In this document: positions 44,252 to 53,680 of the stretch, piece after piece | How positions within the stretch are numbered: the first letter of the stretch is position 1 | Layout: every line of letters starts with the position of its first letter | NCBI GenBank assembly: GCA_051004015.1 | Contig: JBPCKT010000135.1 | Location: 6,598-70,597, forward strand | Length of the DNA stretch: 64,000 nt | Direction of reading: 5' to 3' | From: Pirellulaceae bacterium | GTDB lineage: Bacteria > Planctomycetota > Planctomycetia > Pirellulales > Pirellulaceae | Made by a program: the position numbers and the translations under genes | The notes under the pieces: model-generated | Database searches by the model: none | What the model was told of the DNA's origin: nothing | Seen by the model: the letters and a program-made list of their open reading frames with translations, nothing else

Positions 44252-44653
44252 TTATGCCGGACCATCGACGATGATCTCGTGGCTGGAAACGCCTCCGGGC
44301 CCGGTCGCCAAGAGACGCACCCAATTCCAGCCCTGGACCCATTTTCCGTAGAACGGATACCCGGCGGCGGGCATTCCCAAGCTTCTGTCCCAAGTCCCCT
44401 CGGCCGTCGACGTTCCCTGTTTCGTGTAATACTCGATGTACATCGGCGTGCCTTCCGTTCTCCACCACCAGACTCCGACTTCATAAGCCGTGCTCGCCGG
44501 GCCGCCTCCGGTAGCGAAGATCATCTCCGATTCGCCCCAATGCGAAAATTCCGCGGGGTCCGTCATCCACCAGTCCGCATGGGCAATCATCGTTGGAAAT
44601 GTGAGCATAACAAGGACAGCCAGAACCATCAAGAATCGTGAAGATTTCGACAT
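44252..44653 (-). CDS. Hypothetical small secreted Trp-rich protein
   Basis: ATG at 44653. Signal peptide FLMVLAVLVMLTFPTMIAHA. 11 nt from the downstream gene. Confidence 0.6.
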   Translation of the reverse strand: MSKSSRFLMVLAVLVMLTFPTMIAHADWWMTDPAEFSHWGESEMIFATGGGPASTAYEVGVWWWRTEGTPMYIEYYTKQGTSTAEGTWDRSLGMPAAGYPFYGKWVQGWNWVRLLATGPGGVSSHEIIVDGPA

Positions 44654-44685
44654 TGGATCCTCGTTCTGAAAAGAGAAGGAAAACG

Positions 44686-45657
44686 TCACTCGGCGCCGTT
44701 TCGCGATCCGAGACCGCGCCAGACCTTAAGAGCAATTTGATCGGACGTAAACACAACGTGCCCATCCGCGTAGAGGGACTGGACACCATTGCCGTGCATG
44801 CTACCCGCGGTAAACGCGCCTTGCGGCAGATAGTTTTCATTCGAACAGCTATTTCTATTCGGTTGCAGAACGTGGTTGTAAAGGGAGGCCCCCCACCCAC
44901 CCTCTACCCACGGACGGCCCATACGCCAGTGCTTACCCGCCACAGTTGTCGTTCCTTCCATGATTTGAAAGGCGTTCTCGTCGCACATTTGACGGAACTT
45001 CTCAAGGTCTTCCGGTGCCAAGAACGGTTCTCGTGTAGCCCAAATGCTCCGCCGGAGCGCCTTGGAACCATCGCCCACGAGGATCTCGCTGACCGCGACG
45101 GTATTGGAAGTTCCATCGCTAACATCCGCCGTGGAGACGATCCCACCAATGCCATTCAGAAACGTTCCCGATGGCATCTGAAAAATCCCATCGAAGCCAT
45201 ATTTTTGAAATCCCTGTCCGAAGTTGCCAGCGTAATTCGTCCCCGCGAATTTCGCGGAATCGCCGCCGCCAGACGTCGGTTGCGGGTCAATACTCGCGGG
45301 ATTTGACGGATCATCCGGGCAGCGGAAAATAGCCACGGCAAAATATCGGCTGGGGACATCATTCATCACTGGGTTGACACTCAAGTCAACGTGACGGGCA
45401 ATATCGTCGCGTTCGAGAAAGGGGAGGAGCCTTGCGAGATAACTGTAGTTTCCGCCCATCCCGTCTGGAAAGGCCGAAGCATGCGCCGCTTGAAAACTTG
45501 CGATGCTAACTCCGATTTGACGGAGGTTGTTGCTGCACTGCATTCGCCGGGCAGCTTCGCGGGAGTATTGAATCGCCGGCAGCAGGAGCGCGATAACGAC
45601 GCCGACAATAGCGATGACAACGCAGAGCTCAAGCAGAGTGAACGCGCGAGTCTTCAT
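44686..45657 (-). CDS. DUF1559 protein with an N-terminal prepilin-type cleavage/methylation motif
   Basis: MKTRAFTLLELCVVIAIVGVVIALLLPAIQYSREAARRMQCSNNLRQIG and a C-terminal GSMHGNGVQSLYADGHV. Confidence 0.9.
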   Translation of the reverse strand: MKTRAFTLLELCVVIAIVGVVIALLLPAIQYSREAARRMQCSNNLRQIGVSIASFQAAHASAFPDGMGGNYSYLARLLPFLERDDIARHVDLSVNPVMNDVPSRYFAVAIFRCPDDPSNPASIDPQPTSGGGDSAKFAGTNYAGNFGQGFQKYGFDGIFQMPSGTFLNGIGGIVSTADVSDGTSNTVAVSEILVGDGSKALRRSIWATREPFLAPEDLEKFRQMCDENAFQIMEGTTTVAGKHWRMGRPWVEGGWGASLYNHVLQPNRNSCSNENYLPQGAFTAGSMHGNGVQSLYADGHVVFTSDQIALKVWRGLGSRNGAE

Positions 45658-45931
45658 TTTCTTGCCCTACCGAGAAGTGCAGAGCCCAACTCCAAGACAA
45701 GTTACCGCGCGCGCGCCCCCAACTGTCAACGCAATCTGGGAAAATCTTTCGAGGTTTAATGCCCATGTAGGCATAGCGGCACAACCTAAAAGGCTAAATT
45801 ATATGCCCTAAAAGTATTGGTCTGCACAACGGAGTGAGATTATTCCGACCGGAGAGTGCCTAACCTCTTCGCAGCTTTTTGGTCGCGCGGTGTAGAGAAG
45901 AGAAACGTGCAGGGAGCGGGGCCGAAGTAGG

Positions 45932-46174
45932 TCAAAGCATGCTCGGCGTCGGATTGTGCGGCACCGCTTCGGCGTCGTCTGCGGTCAGGGGCGTGCGGCT
46001 TTGCTCGTAGCCCGTGCAGCCGACGAGGGGGCTCCCTTGCTCGAACTTGTAGGTGCCGTCGTTGTTTTTCTGGAGCGTGGCCCAGCGGACGTAGGAGAGC
46101 ATCTGCTGCTCGGAATCAAAGGTCGCCGCGAGCTTTTTGGCTCTGCCGGGCTTGAGGCAGTAGAGGTAATGCAT
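45932..46174 (-). CDS. Hypothetical small protein (80 aa)
   Basis: ATG at 46174 lies 7 nt after AAGGAG. Overlaps the 3' end of the upstream amidohydrolase by 59 nt in another frame. Confidence 0.5.
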   Translation of the reverse strand: MHYLYCLKPGRAKKLAATFDSEQQMLSYVRWATLQKNNDGTYKFEQGSPLVGCTGYEQSRTPLTADDAEAVPHNPTPSML

Positions 46175-47378
46175 CGATAGTCTCCTTCGTGAACAGAAGC
46201 TCGTATGGGTCGTCGCCAGCATTTGCCAGCGGAACAACAGCGAAAGCCGCCTGCTTGCCGGGGGCTAAACCTCCCAGTTCATCCGCAATGCCGAGCGCTT
46301 CGGCTCCGTACACGGCGCCCATTTTCAAGACTTCCTCGGGATGAACGCTCGGATGATGCCGGGCAATGTGCCGCAGCTCGGATAGGACGGACAGGTCCGG
46401 GTTGCTGGCCCGTGAATCGGTTCCGACTGCCACTCGCACGCCGCGGGCGACCATTTCCGCCAGCGGATATTCGCCGTGCCGAAAATAGGCGTGCGTGCGT
46501 GGGCAATAGACGACGGTCATCCGGTCCCGCCGGGCGGCCAGGAAGTCCATATCCTCCGTCCCCAGAAAACTGCCATGAATGATGAGGGCCTGATGTGCCG
46601 CGGCCAGCATCTCTAAGTAATCCGCTGGCCGGATGCCGCGCGGGATTTGCCCCGGATGCCACGCGCCGAGATCCTCCAGCCGCTCCACGAGCGGCCCGCT
46701 ATGACAACGGAGCAATTCCAGCTCTTCCATCGATTCGGCCAGGTGCATAGCCAGAGGCACGCGTGCTTCCGCCGACAGCGCACAGACCTTGCGGAGCAGC
46801 TCGGGCGAGACGGTGTAAGGAGCATGGGGCGAGAGGCCCTGGCGGAAATTGGGGGAGGACCTGTTCACATGCTCCCGCGCGGCGGCCAGCAAGGACTCGG
46901 TCCGCTCGGGAGCGAGGCCTAGCAGCTCCAGAAAGACCGTACCGCGAATTCCAGTCACCGTGCCATAGCTGGCCGGCGGACAATCCGGCGAGGCAATCTC
47001 GCCCAGGGCTGCCACTCCCACTTCGATCGATTCCTCCAGGCCCAGCCCGAAAGCAAGGTCCGTATAAGCCGCCAGATCCACTCCGTTTTCCGTGAGCCAG
47101 CGCCTCGCCGCCACGACTTCCCCAATCCAGTCGGCAAAGGGCATTCCGGGCCGGCCCAGCGGAGTTTCCAGCGTGCTGAATTCCAGGTGCGTGTGGGCGT
47201 TGACCAAACCCGGCAGCAAGGCGACATCACCCAGGTCGGTGACGGCTTGGCCATTCTGGTACTTTTCGATGGAGACGATACGACCCCTTGCCACCTGGAC
47301 GACGCCATCCTGGATTGGCGGAGATTCGATGGGGAAGACCCAGCGGGCGCGGAAGGTAGCGGTTGAGGCGGTGAGCAT
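46116..47378 (-). CDS. Amidohydrolase-superfamily deaminase/chlorohydrolase-like protein
   Basis: LLPGLVNAHTHLEFS metal-binding motif, later HLAES and GTDS. Substrate cannot be assigned from sequence alone. Confidence 0.85.
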   Translation of the reverse strand: MLTASTATFRARWVFPIESPPIQDGVVQVARGRIVSIEKYQNGQAVTDLGDVALLPGLVNAHTHLEFSTLETPLGRPGMPFADWIGEVVAARRWLTENGVDLAAYTDLAFGLGLEESIEVGVAALGEIASPDCPPASYGTVTGIRGTVFLELLGLAPERTESLLAAAREHVNRSSPNFRQGLSPHAPYTVSPELLRKVCALSAEARVPLAMHLAESMEELELLRCHSGPLVERLEDLGAWHPGQIPRGIRPADYLEMLAAAHQALIIHGSFLGTEDMDFLAARRDRMTVVYCPRTHAYFRHGEYPLAEMVARGVRVAVGTDSRASNPDLSVLSELRHIARHHPSVHPEEVLKMGAVYGAEALGIADELGGLAPGKQAAFAVVPLANAGDDPYELLFTKETIDALPLLPQARQSQKARGDL

Positions 47379-47425
47379 AGACCGGTCTGACGTGCGGGAC
47401 TTTAAGGTATATTATCGCAGAAGAC

Positions 47426-47446
47426 CCGGAGGCCGTTGGCCTCCGG
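47426..47446. other. 9-bp GC hairpin CCGGAGGCC-GTT-GGCCTCCGG in the divergent amidohydrolase/UXS intergenic region
   Basis: Perfect inverted repeat read directly. Lies 34 nt upstream of the UXS ATG. Confidence 0.6.
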
Positions 47447-47479
47447 CTGCCTGGGGAGTCCGGCTTACACCATTCCAAC

Positions 47480-48448
47480 ATGCTCAAACGTATTCTCGTC
47501 ACCGGCGGCGCAGGGTTTCTGGGCTCGCATCTTTGCGAGCGCCTGGTGGAGCAGGGGCACGACGTCATCTGCCTCGACAATTTCTTTACCAGCCAGAAGA
47601 CGAACGTCGCCCATTTGCTGGGGAAGCCCAACTTTGAGCTGGTGCGGCACGACATCACCACTCCCATTTGGCTGGAGGTGGACGAGATTTACAACCTGGC
47701 CTGCCCGGCGGCCCCCGGCCATTACCAGTACAACCCCATCAAAACGATGAAGACGTCGGTGCTGGGGGCGATCAACGTGCTGGGGATGGCCAAGCGCTGC
47801 AAGGCCAAAGTGCTGCAGGCCAGCACCAGCGAAGTCTATGGCGACCCCGAAGTTCACCCCCAGCCGGAGAGCTATCGAGGCAGCGTGAACCCGCTGGGGC
47901 CGCGGGCCTGCTACGACGAAGGAAAGCGGGCGGCGGAGACGCTGTTCATGGATTACCACCGCTCCAACCGGGTCAACATCCGGATTGTCCGCATTTTCAA
48001 CACCTACGGACCGCGGATGCACCCCTATGACGGCCGCGTCGTTTCCAACTTCATCCGCCAGGCCCTGCAAGGAGCAGACATCACGCTCTTTGGCGACGGC
48101 CAGCAGACCCGCTCGTTCTGCTACCGCGATGACCTGATTGAAGGCATCATCCGGATGATGAACGGGCCGGATGAATTCATCGGGCCGTGCAACCTCGGCA
48201 ACCCCGGCGAATTCACTGTCCGCCAGCTCGCCGAGCAGGTCATTCAGGCCACGGGCTCGAAATCCAAAATCATCCACGAGCCCCTGCCGCCGGACGATCC
48301 CACGCGCCGGCGGCCCGACATCACCCTCGCCAAAACCAGGCTCGACTGGGAACCGCAAGTGCCGCTCCTGGAAGGTCTGGCCAAGACCATCGCCTGGTTC
48401 CGCTCGATCAACCTGGCCCACTATCGGCCGCCGACCCCGAATTTCTAG
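47480..48448 (+). CDS. UDP-glucuronate decarboxylase (UDP-xylose synthase)
   Basis: [42 protein letters not shown]. 322 aa. Confidence 0.92.
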   Translation: MLKRILVTGGAGFLGSHLCERLVEQGHDVICLDNFFTSQKTNVAHLLGKPNFELVRHDITTPIWLEVDEIYNLACPAAPGHYQYNPIKTMKTSVLGAINVLGMAKRCKAKVLQASTSEVYGDPEVHPQPESYRGSVNPLGPRACYDEGKRAAETLFMDYHRSNRVNIRIVRIFNTYGPRMHPYDGRVVSNFIRQALQGADITLFGDGQQTRSFCYRDDLIEGIIRMMNGPDEFIGPCNLGNPGEFTVRQLAEQVIQATGSKSKIIHEPLPPDDPTRRRPDITLAKTRLDWEPQVPLLEGLAKTIAWFRSINLAHYRPPTPNF

Positions 48449-48459
48449 CTCGCCGGTTC

Positions 48460-48485
48460 GTAGTAACCGGCTTTAGCCGGTTAAC
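48460..48485 (+). terminator. 3' hairpin GTAG-TAACCGGC-TTTA-GCCGGTTA, 11 nt after the UXS stop
   Basis: 8-bp stem and 4-nt loop. No U-tract. A near-identical copy sits after csrA on the other strand. Confidence 0.45.
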
Positions 48486-48505
48486 GATGGTGTCGCAAAT
48501 GGCTT

Positions 48506-48967
48506 GTGCTAAAAACAGTCGACAGCGATAAAAGGGAGATGGCAGTCAATCCCTACGCTCCACCGCAAGTGGAGATCATTTCCGCTCCACGAGGAAAGCC
48601 AATTGGGCCGAACCTGGCGCTCCGGGTCCGCTTGGGACAGATAGGGAACATCCTCCAAGGCGTCTGCGCGATTACTTTCCTGCTGTCGGCTGCCTGGCTG
48701 TTCTACGGGCCGCCGCCGTTTGTCGAGTGGGTTGTATCGCTGCCGGCTAAGGCACGCGGTGAGTATTTCTACAACGAAGCCCTGTGGCCCATCAACATTG
48801 CGATGCTGGGCGGATTCCTGTTTTGCATGCTGACCTTATTCATCGGGGTGAAGAGGCAGAAACTGGTTTCTCTGGCGATGTTGCTGTTCTTCGCCAGTCC
48901 GTTTATTCTGCTGCTGGGAAAAGAGATGTACGACATGGTTGAAGTTCAGTTACTGCACGGTCGGTAG
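48506..48967 (+). CDS. Hypothetical membrane protein
   Basis: Three or four hydrophobic helices. GTG at 48506 or ATG at 48539. Flanked by inverted copies of the same hairpin repeat. Confidence 0.6.
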   Translation: MLKTVDSDKREMAVNPYAPPQVEIISAPRGKPIGPNLALRVRLGQIGNILQGVCAITFLLSAAWLFYGPPPFVEWVVSLPAKARGEYFYNEALWPINIAMLGGFLFCMLTLFIGVKRQKLVSLAMLLFFASPFILLLGKEMYDMVEVQLLHGR

Positions 48968-48994
48968 TGGACTGGATAGCCTAGACGCCCGGTT

Positions 48995-49020
48995 CACGCC
49001 CACGCAAAGCCGTGGGCGTG
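48995..49020. terminator. 10-bp hairpin CACGCCCACG-CAAAGC-CGTGGGCGTG between convergent genes
   Basis: Perfect inverted repeat read directly. Lies between the 48967 (+) and 49064 (-) gene ends. Confidence 0.4.
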
Positions 49021-49035
49021 CCGCCCGATTGTCCG

Positions 49036-49060
49036 CTAACCCGCTGAAGCGGGTTACTAC
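49036..49060 (-). terminator. 3' hairpin GTAG-TAACCCGC-TTCA-GCGGGTTA (minus strand), 3 nt after the csrA stop
   Basis: 8-bp stem and 4-nt loop. Differs from the 48460 copy by one compensatory stem pair and one loop base. Confidence 0.45.
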
Positions 49061-49063
49061 AAA

Positions 49064-49261
49064 CTAGCCCGCTTCTTTGAGCGACTTCGCCGCGCCGCCG
49101 GCCACTTTCTCCCGCGGCTGGAGCTCGTCACGCAAAACGATGACGTCGGGGGGAGCTTCGATGCCAATGCGGACGCGGTCGCCGGAGACGCGGACGACGG
49201 TTACAATGATGTTATTGCCGAGGCGGATTCTTTCGGATTCTTTGCGGGATAGGACGAGCAT
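49064..49261 (-). CDS. csrA: Carbon storage regulator
   Basis: MLVLSRKESERIRLGNNIIVTVVRVSGDRVRIGIEAPPDVIVLRDEL is the canonical CsrA sequence. Confidence 0.95.
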   Translation of the reverse strand: MLVLSRKESERIRLGNNIIVTVVRVSGDRVRIGIEAPPDVIVLRDELQPREKVAGGAAKSLKEAG

Positions 49262-49366
49262 GGCGATTTCTCCGAGAAAATTATGATGTTCTGTCTATGA
49301 ATGGTGTTTTGTACAGAAATGGTCGAATTGTCAATGCCGGTTTTGCCGGCTGGGCAAGATTTTTGC

Positions 49367-49675
49367 TTAGTGAGCGGCGGCCAGGCTTGCATGTTCCAGC
49401 CGAGGAGCCGCTTCGAGTTGCGTTTTGGCCGTCCGCTCGCCGGAAGAGCCATAAAACAGGATGGTGTTCCGCTCGGTCTCCCAGATGGCCGTCAGCTTGA
49501 CGCTGCGGGGGCCATACAGGCAGAAATAGATGCCGCACGCCTTCTTGCCGCGGACCAGAATCCGCTCGGTGATGTCGAAGGCGCCGCGTTCCAGCTCATT
49601 TTGTTCGCACAGGGTGTAATGGACGTAATTTCGAAGATCATTCAAGTTTTGAATTTGCAGGGAATCAGCCGACAT
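49367..49675 (-). CDS. Hypothetical small protein (102 aa) upstream of csrA
   Basis: ATG-initiated, with coding-like composition. Does not resemble FliW. No family recognised. Confidence 0.5.
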   Translation of the reverse strand: MSADSLQIQNLNDLRNYVHYTLCEQNELERGAFDITERILVRGKKACGIYFCLYGPRSVKLTAIWETERNTILFYGSSGERTAKTQLEAAPRLEHASLAAAH

Positions 49676-49866
49676 TTCCTAGCAAGCTCCGTAGAAGAGG
49701 TATCGGGGATGACAGAGACTGCGGGGCGGGAAGAATGGGCAGTCTGGGGTGAGTGTCAGCAAGAGTACTATCGGCTAGCACCGTCAAGTTGTTTGAGCAC
49801 GAAGAGTGCGAAGTTTAAGAAGAGCTTGCGGCGCTATGACGAGTTTGCGGGTTCGCCTAGCTTGTG

Positions 49867-50018
49867 CGAAGAAGAGGGAAGAACCACAGAGACACAGAGG
49901 CACAGAGCATAAGGAAGAGAAGTGAGAGGCGAAATGCTCAAGAGCGCGAGAAGCTTTAAAAAATCCTCTGCTGCTGCTCTGTGCCTCTGTGTCTCTGTAG
50001 TTAATCCCTCTGCTTCTT
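49867..50018. repeat. Roughly 150-bp palindromic element with a 24-bp perfect core stem made of CACAGAG reiterations, ending in TTAA
   Basis: 49885-49908 is the exact reverse complement of 49974-49997. The outer arms (49867-49877 and 50005-50018) pair imperfectly. TTAA at 50000-50003 contains the DUF4105 stop codon. Confidence 0.85.
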
Positions 50019-50912
50019 CTCCCCGCGGATTTTAGCCGAGAACTCCGCCCCCTTCTCGTCCTTGAAGGCGTGGGCGATTTCGTTGATCCGCGAGCGTTTC
50101 TTGAGCTCGGCAAAAGGGACGCTGTTGTCGAGCAGGCCGAGCTCATAGCCCAGCTCATCCGCATAGCCGGGCAGGAGGACGCGGTAATCGTAGGGGACGC
50201 GGCCGGGGGCGATCTTATTGATGTGCTCGACGATGTTGGTTGTGCAGTTGTTGCTGAGGGTGTCGTAGAACTCAGGATGCTCGCGGAGCTGGTTGGCCCG
50301 CTTGAGCATATCCGTGAAAAGTTTGCGAGCCATTTCGGGCGTCGCCGTGGTGCGATAGAGATAAACGTCACAATTGCGGTGTTCCGTCCGGGCCAGGATC
50401 AATTCCCGTTCGTCCGCGATGACGTACACCAACTCATACTCACCGAGCAGCCCGCGAGCGGCATCGTACTTTTCTCCATTCTCCAGCCGCACTTCCACGC
50501 TGATGCCGACATGGTCCCCATTGGCGAAGCCAAAGCTGAGCATCGTGTGTGCGATTGCCTTGTTGTCGCTGAAGGGGACCACGATAAAGTCCACCGACTG
50601 GATTTGCGCGAGGTCGTAGGTCTTGTCGTAATAATCGACAAGGCAGTCACGATAGGTCAGGAACTCACAATTCCGCACGTTCTGAATCGTCACCTTGTCC
50701 TGCTCGAAACTCGCCTGAGCCAGGACCTTGAGTTCCGGAATCCAGTCCCCCTCGTTACTCGGCTTACGGCCGGTCAGCGGCTGGAAGAGCGAGGTCAGGG
50801 ACGGTGGCGGGACCGCAGGTTGTTTGGATGCTTGCTGGGGAACTGACGCGCAGCCGCCAGCAGCGGCAACCGTCGCCATCAAAATCAGCAGGGCAAATCG
50901 CCAAAGCGGCAT
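50001..50912 (-). CDS. DUF4105-domain lipoprotein
   Basis: ATG at 50912 gives MPLWRFALLILMATVAAAGGC (lipobox). AHTMLSFGF, YELVYVIADE and YDTLSNNCTTN match my memory of DUF4105. Confidence 0.8.
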   Translation of the reverse strand: MPLWRFALLILMATVAAAGGCASVPQQASKQPAVPPPSLTSLFQPLTGRKPSNEGDWIPELKVLAQASFEQDKVTIQNVRNCEFLTYRDCLVDYYDKTYDLAQIQSVDFIVVPFSDNKAIAHTMLSFGFANGDHVGISVEVRLENGEKYDAARGLLGEYELVYVIADERELILARTEHRNCDVYLYRTTATPEMARKLFTDMLKRANQLREHPEFYDTLSNNCTTNIVEHINKIAPGRVPYDYRVLLPGYADELGYELGLLDNSVPFAELKKRSRINEIAHAFKDEKGAEFSAKIRGEKKQRD

Positions 50913-51101
50913 GGGCGGAGCTGCTGGAATCAGCAGCGCTAAACGTAGTGGCGGAGTAGCGCGAACGGTAATACCGAGCGCAGAGATTTTCAGCAAGGGC
51001 GATTCCGCAGTCGCCTCCCTGGACCTGACCGCTAGCTGGTGGCAATCGGCTGTTCCCCTGGGCTACAATGGGCCATCTCACTCTCTCCCAGGAGGCATGC
51101 T

Positions 51102-52202
51102 ATGCCAGCGAAACATCGGGTCGTCGTCATCGGCCATACGGGCCGCGGGAATTATGGTCACGGGATTGATACCGTCTGGAGCCGCCTCAAGGATACCTGC
51201 GAAGTTCTGGCGGTTTCTGACCCCGACGAATCGGGACGGGCGGAAGCTGCCAAGCGGTTGGGAGTTTCCAAAACCTTCGCCGATTACCGGCAGATGCTCG
51301 ACGAAATGAAGCCGACGATTGTGGGCATCGGGCCCCGGTGGGTGGACCAGCATCGGGACATGGTGTTGGCCTGCGCCGAGCGTGGGGCGCACATGTATAT
51401 GGAAAAGCCTCTCTGCCGCAGCCCGGCCGAGGCGGATGAAATGGTCGCCGCGTGCCAGAAGCACGACGTGAAGCTGGCCCTCGCCCATCAAACCCGCTAT
51501 AGCCCCAAACTGCAGGTGCTGAAGGAGTTCATCGAGGCGGGCAACTTGGGAGAACTTCTGGAGCTACGCGGTCGCGGCAAGGAGGACGCCCGTGGCGGCT
51601 CCGAGGACCTATGGGTGCTCGGCAGCCACGTCATGAACCTCATCAACTTCTTCGGCGGAGATCCCCAATGGTGCTTCGCCCAGGTGAAGCAGGACGGCCA
51701 GCCGATCGCCAAATCGCACGTGAAGGATGGCCCCGAAGGGCTGGGCCCGCTCGCGGGCGACACCGTCAACGCGGTATACGGCATGGACGGCGGAGCGACG
51801 GCCTACTTTGGCTCCAAGCGGAATGCCACCGGCGGGCGCTTCGGCCTGACCATCTACGGCAGCAAGGGAGTCGTGGAAATCCTCACCGGAACTCTCCCCA
51901 GCGTACAGTTCCTCCCCGATCCCGCCTGGTCCGCCGGCCGCAGTGGCAAGGCCTGGATCCCAATTTCTAGCGCCGGCGTCGGCAAGCCGGAACCGCTCAA
52001 GGACAGCAGTCCCGATGCCGGCAACCACCTGGCGGTGCTGGACCTGATGGCCGCGATTGAAAAGGATCGCGACCCGGAATGCAGCTTGGAGGAGGGGAAG
52101 ACGACCATCGAAATGATCTGTGCCGTCTTCGAATCGCAGCGCACCGGCGGGCCGGTCAGTTGGCCGCTGAAGACGCGCGTGAATCCGCTGTCGCTGCTCT
52201 AG
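51102..52202 (+). CDS. Gfo/Idh/MocA-family oxidoreductase
   Basis: AGGAGG at 51090-51095, 6 nt before the ATG at 51102. HRVVVIGHTGRGNYGH Rossmann motif. EKPL motif in MYMEKPLCRS. Confidence 0.9.
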   Translation: MPAKHRVVVIGHTGRGNYGHGIDTVWSRLKDTCEVLAVSDPDESGRAEAAKRLGVSKTFADYRQMLDEMKPTIVGIGPRWVDQHRDMVLACAERGAHMYMEKPLCRSPAEADEMVAACQKHDVKLALAHQTRYSPKLQVLKEFIEAGNLGELLELRGRGKEDARGGSEDLWVLGSHVMNLINFFGGDPQWCFAQVKQDGQPIAKSHVKDGPEGLGPLAGDTVNAVYGMDGGATAYFGSKRNATGGRFGLTIYGSKGVVEILTGTLPSVQFLPDPAWSAGRSGKAWIPISSAGVGKPEPLKDSSPDAGNHLAVLDLMAAIEKDRDPECSLEEGKTTIEMICAVFESQRTGGPVSWPLKTRVNPLSLL

Positions 52203-52351
52203 GCGAGCGGGAGGCGATTTAGAACATGCAGGTTCCCGCGAATGAAATAGCAAGAACCTGCGAATGAAGAAACCGAAGGATGAAACCTTCTCTCAATATA
52301 TTCCTGCCGCCATTTTTTTGGCAAGCCTTTTGACCGAATTCGGAGAAACAT

Positions 52352-53680
52352 ATGATGGCTCGTTTATGCCTTCGCGTTCGCCTATCCGTAGCTGCCGCAT
52401 TTTTCGCGTTTTTTGCGGCCATTTCGGCATCCCCCATCCCTGTGCGGGGCGAAACTCCCCGCGAGTGGGCAGCCGCGAATGTTGATGAGCTGTTCCAACT
52501 CTACCAGTACTTCCACACCCATCCCGAGCTCTCCTTTCAGGAGAAGGAAACGGCGGCTCGCTTGGCGAAGGAACTGAAGGCAGCTGGTGTGGAAGTGACG
52601 GAAGGTGTCGGCGGCACCGGAGTGGTGGGGGTGCTAAAGAACGGCAAGGGGCCGCTGGTGATGCTGCGTACGGACCTGGATGCACTCCCCGTCACCGAGC
52701 TGACCGGCCTGGCTTATGCATCGAAAGTGAAAGTGAAAGACCCCAGCGGCGTCGAAGTTGGCGTGATGCACGCCTGCGGGCACGACATCCACATCACCAA
52801 CCTGGTGGCGATGGCCCGCTACTTTTCCACCCACAAGGACCAGTGGTCCGGCACGCTCATGTTCCTTGGCCAGCCCGCGGAAGAGCGGGGGAGCGGGGCC
52901 AAGAAGATGCTCGACGACAAGCTCTTCGAGCGGTTCGGCAAACCTGATTTTGCCCTGGCCCTGCACTGTGACTCGACGCTCGCCAGCGACCAGGTCGGCT
53001 GCCGTGGAGGCTTCATGCTGGCCAATGTGGACAGCGTGGACATCACCATCCGGGGCCGCGGCGGGCACGGGGCCATGCCGCACACCACCGTGGACCCCAT
53101 CGTCACCGCCGCCCAACTTATCCTGTCGCTGCAAACCATCGTCAGCCGCGAGATGAAGCCGACCGACCCGGCGGTCGTCACCGTCGGCTCCATCCACGGG
53201 GGCACCAAGCACAACATCATCGGCGACACCTGCACCCTGCAAATCACGGTGCGAAGCTACTCCGATAGCGTCCGTGCGCACCTGCTCAAATCCATCCAAA
53301 CCAAAGCCGACGCCATTTCCGCCGCGGCCGGAGCGCAGAAGCCGCTCATCGCCATCTCGGAGGGAACGCCCGCGATGTTCAACGACGAAAAGTTGGCCCT
53401 CCGGATGGCCGAAGTCTTCAAGCGGGAGTTCGGCAAGGAGAAGGTCATTCCCGGCGAGCCCTCCATGGGGGGCGAGGACTTCAGCCAGTACGGCCGGGCC
53501 GGCGTTCCCATCCTCATGTTCCGCGTCGGCACCGTCGAACCCGCCCGCCTCGAGCGGCTCAAGAAGCTCGAAGCCGTCCCTTCGCTCCATTCGCCCCTCT
53601 TTTATCCCGACGCCGAACCGACAATCGTCACGGCCGCCCATAGCATGATCTCCGCTACGCTGGAATTGATGAAGAAGTAA
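52352..53680 (+). CDS. M20D-family amidohydrolase (aminoacylase/hippurate-hydrolase-like), secreted
   Basis: YQYFHTHPELSFQE, LRTDLDALPV, MHACGHD, GGEDFS. N-terminal signal peptide. Confidence 0.9.
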   Translation: MMARLCLRVRLSVAAAFFAFFAAISASPIPVRGETPREWAAANVDELFQLYQYFHTHPELSFQEKETAARLAKELKAAGVEVTEGVGGTGVVGVLKNGKGPLVMLRTDLDALPVTELTGLAYASKVKVKDPSGVEVGVMHACGHDIHITNLVAMARYFSTHKDQWSGTLMFLGQPAEERGSGAKKMLDDKLFERFGKPDFALALHCDSTLASDQVGCRGGFMLANVDSVDITIRGRGGHGAMPHTTVDPIVTAAQLILSLQTIVSREMKPTDPAVVTVGSIHGGTKHNIIGDTCTLQITVRSYSDSVRAHLLKSIQTKADAISAAAGAQKPLIAISEGTPAMFNDEKLALRMAEVFKREFGKEKVIPGEPSMGGEDFSQYGRAGVPILMFRVGTVEPARLERLKKLEAVPSLHSPLFYPDAEPTIVTAAHSMISATLELMKK

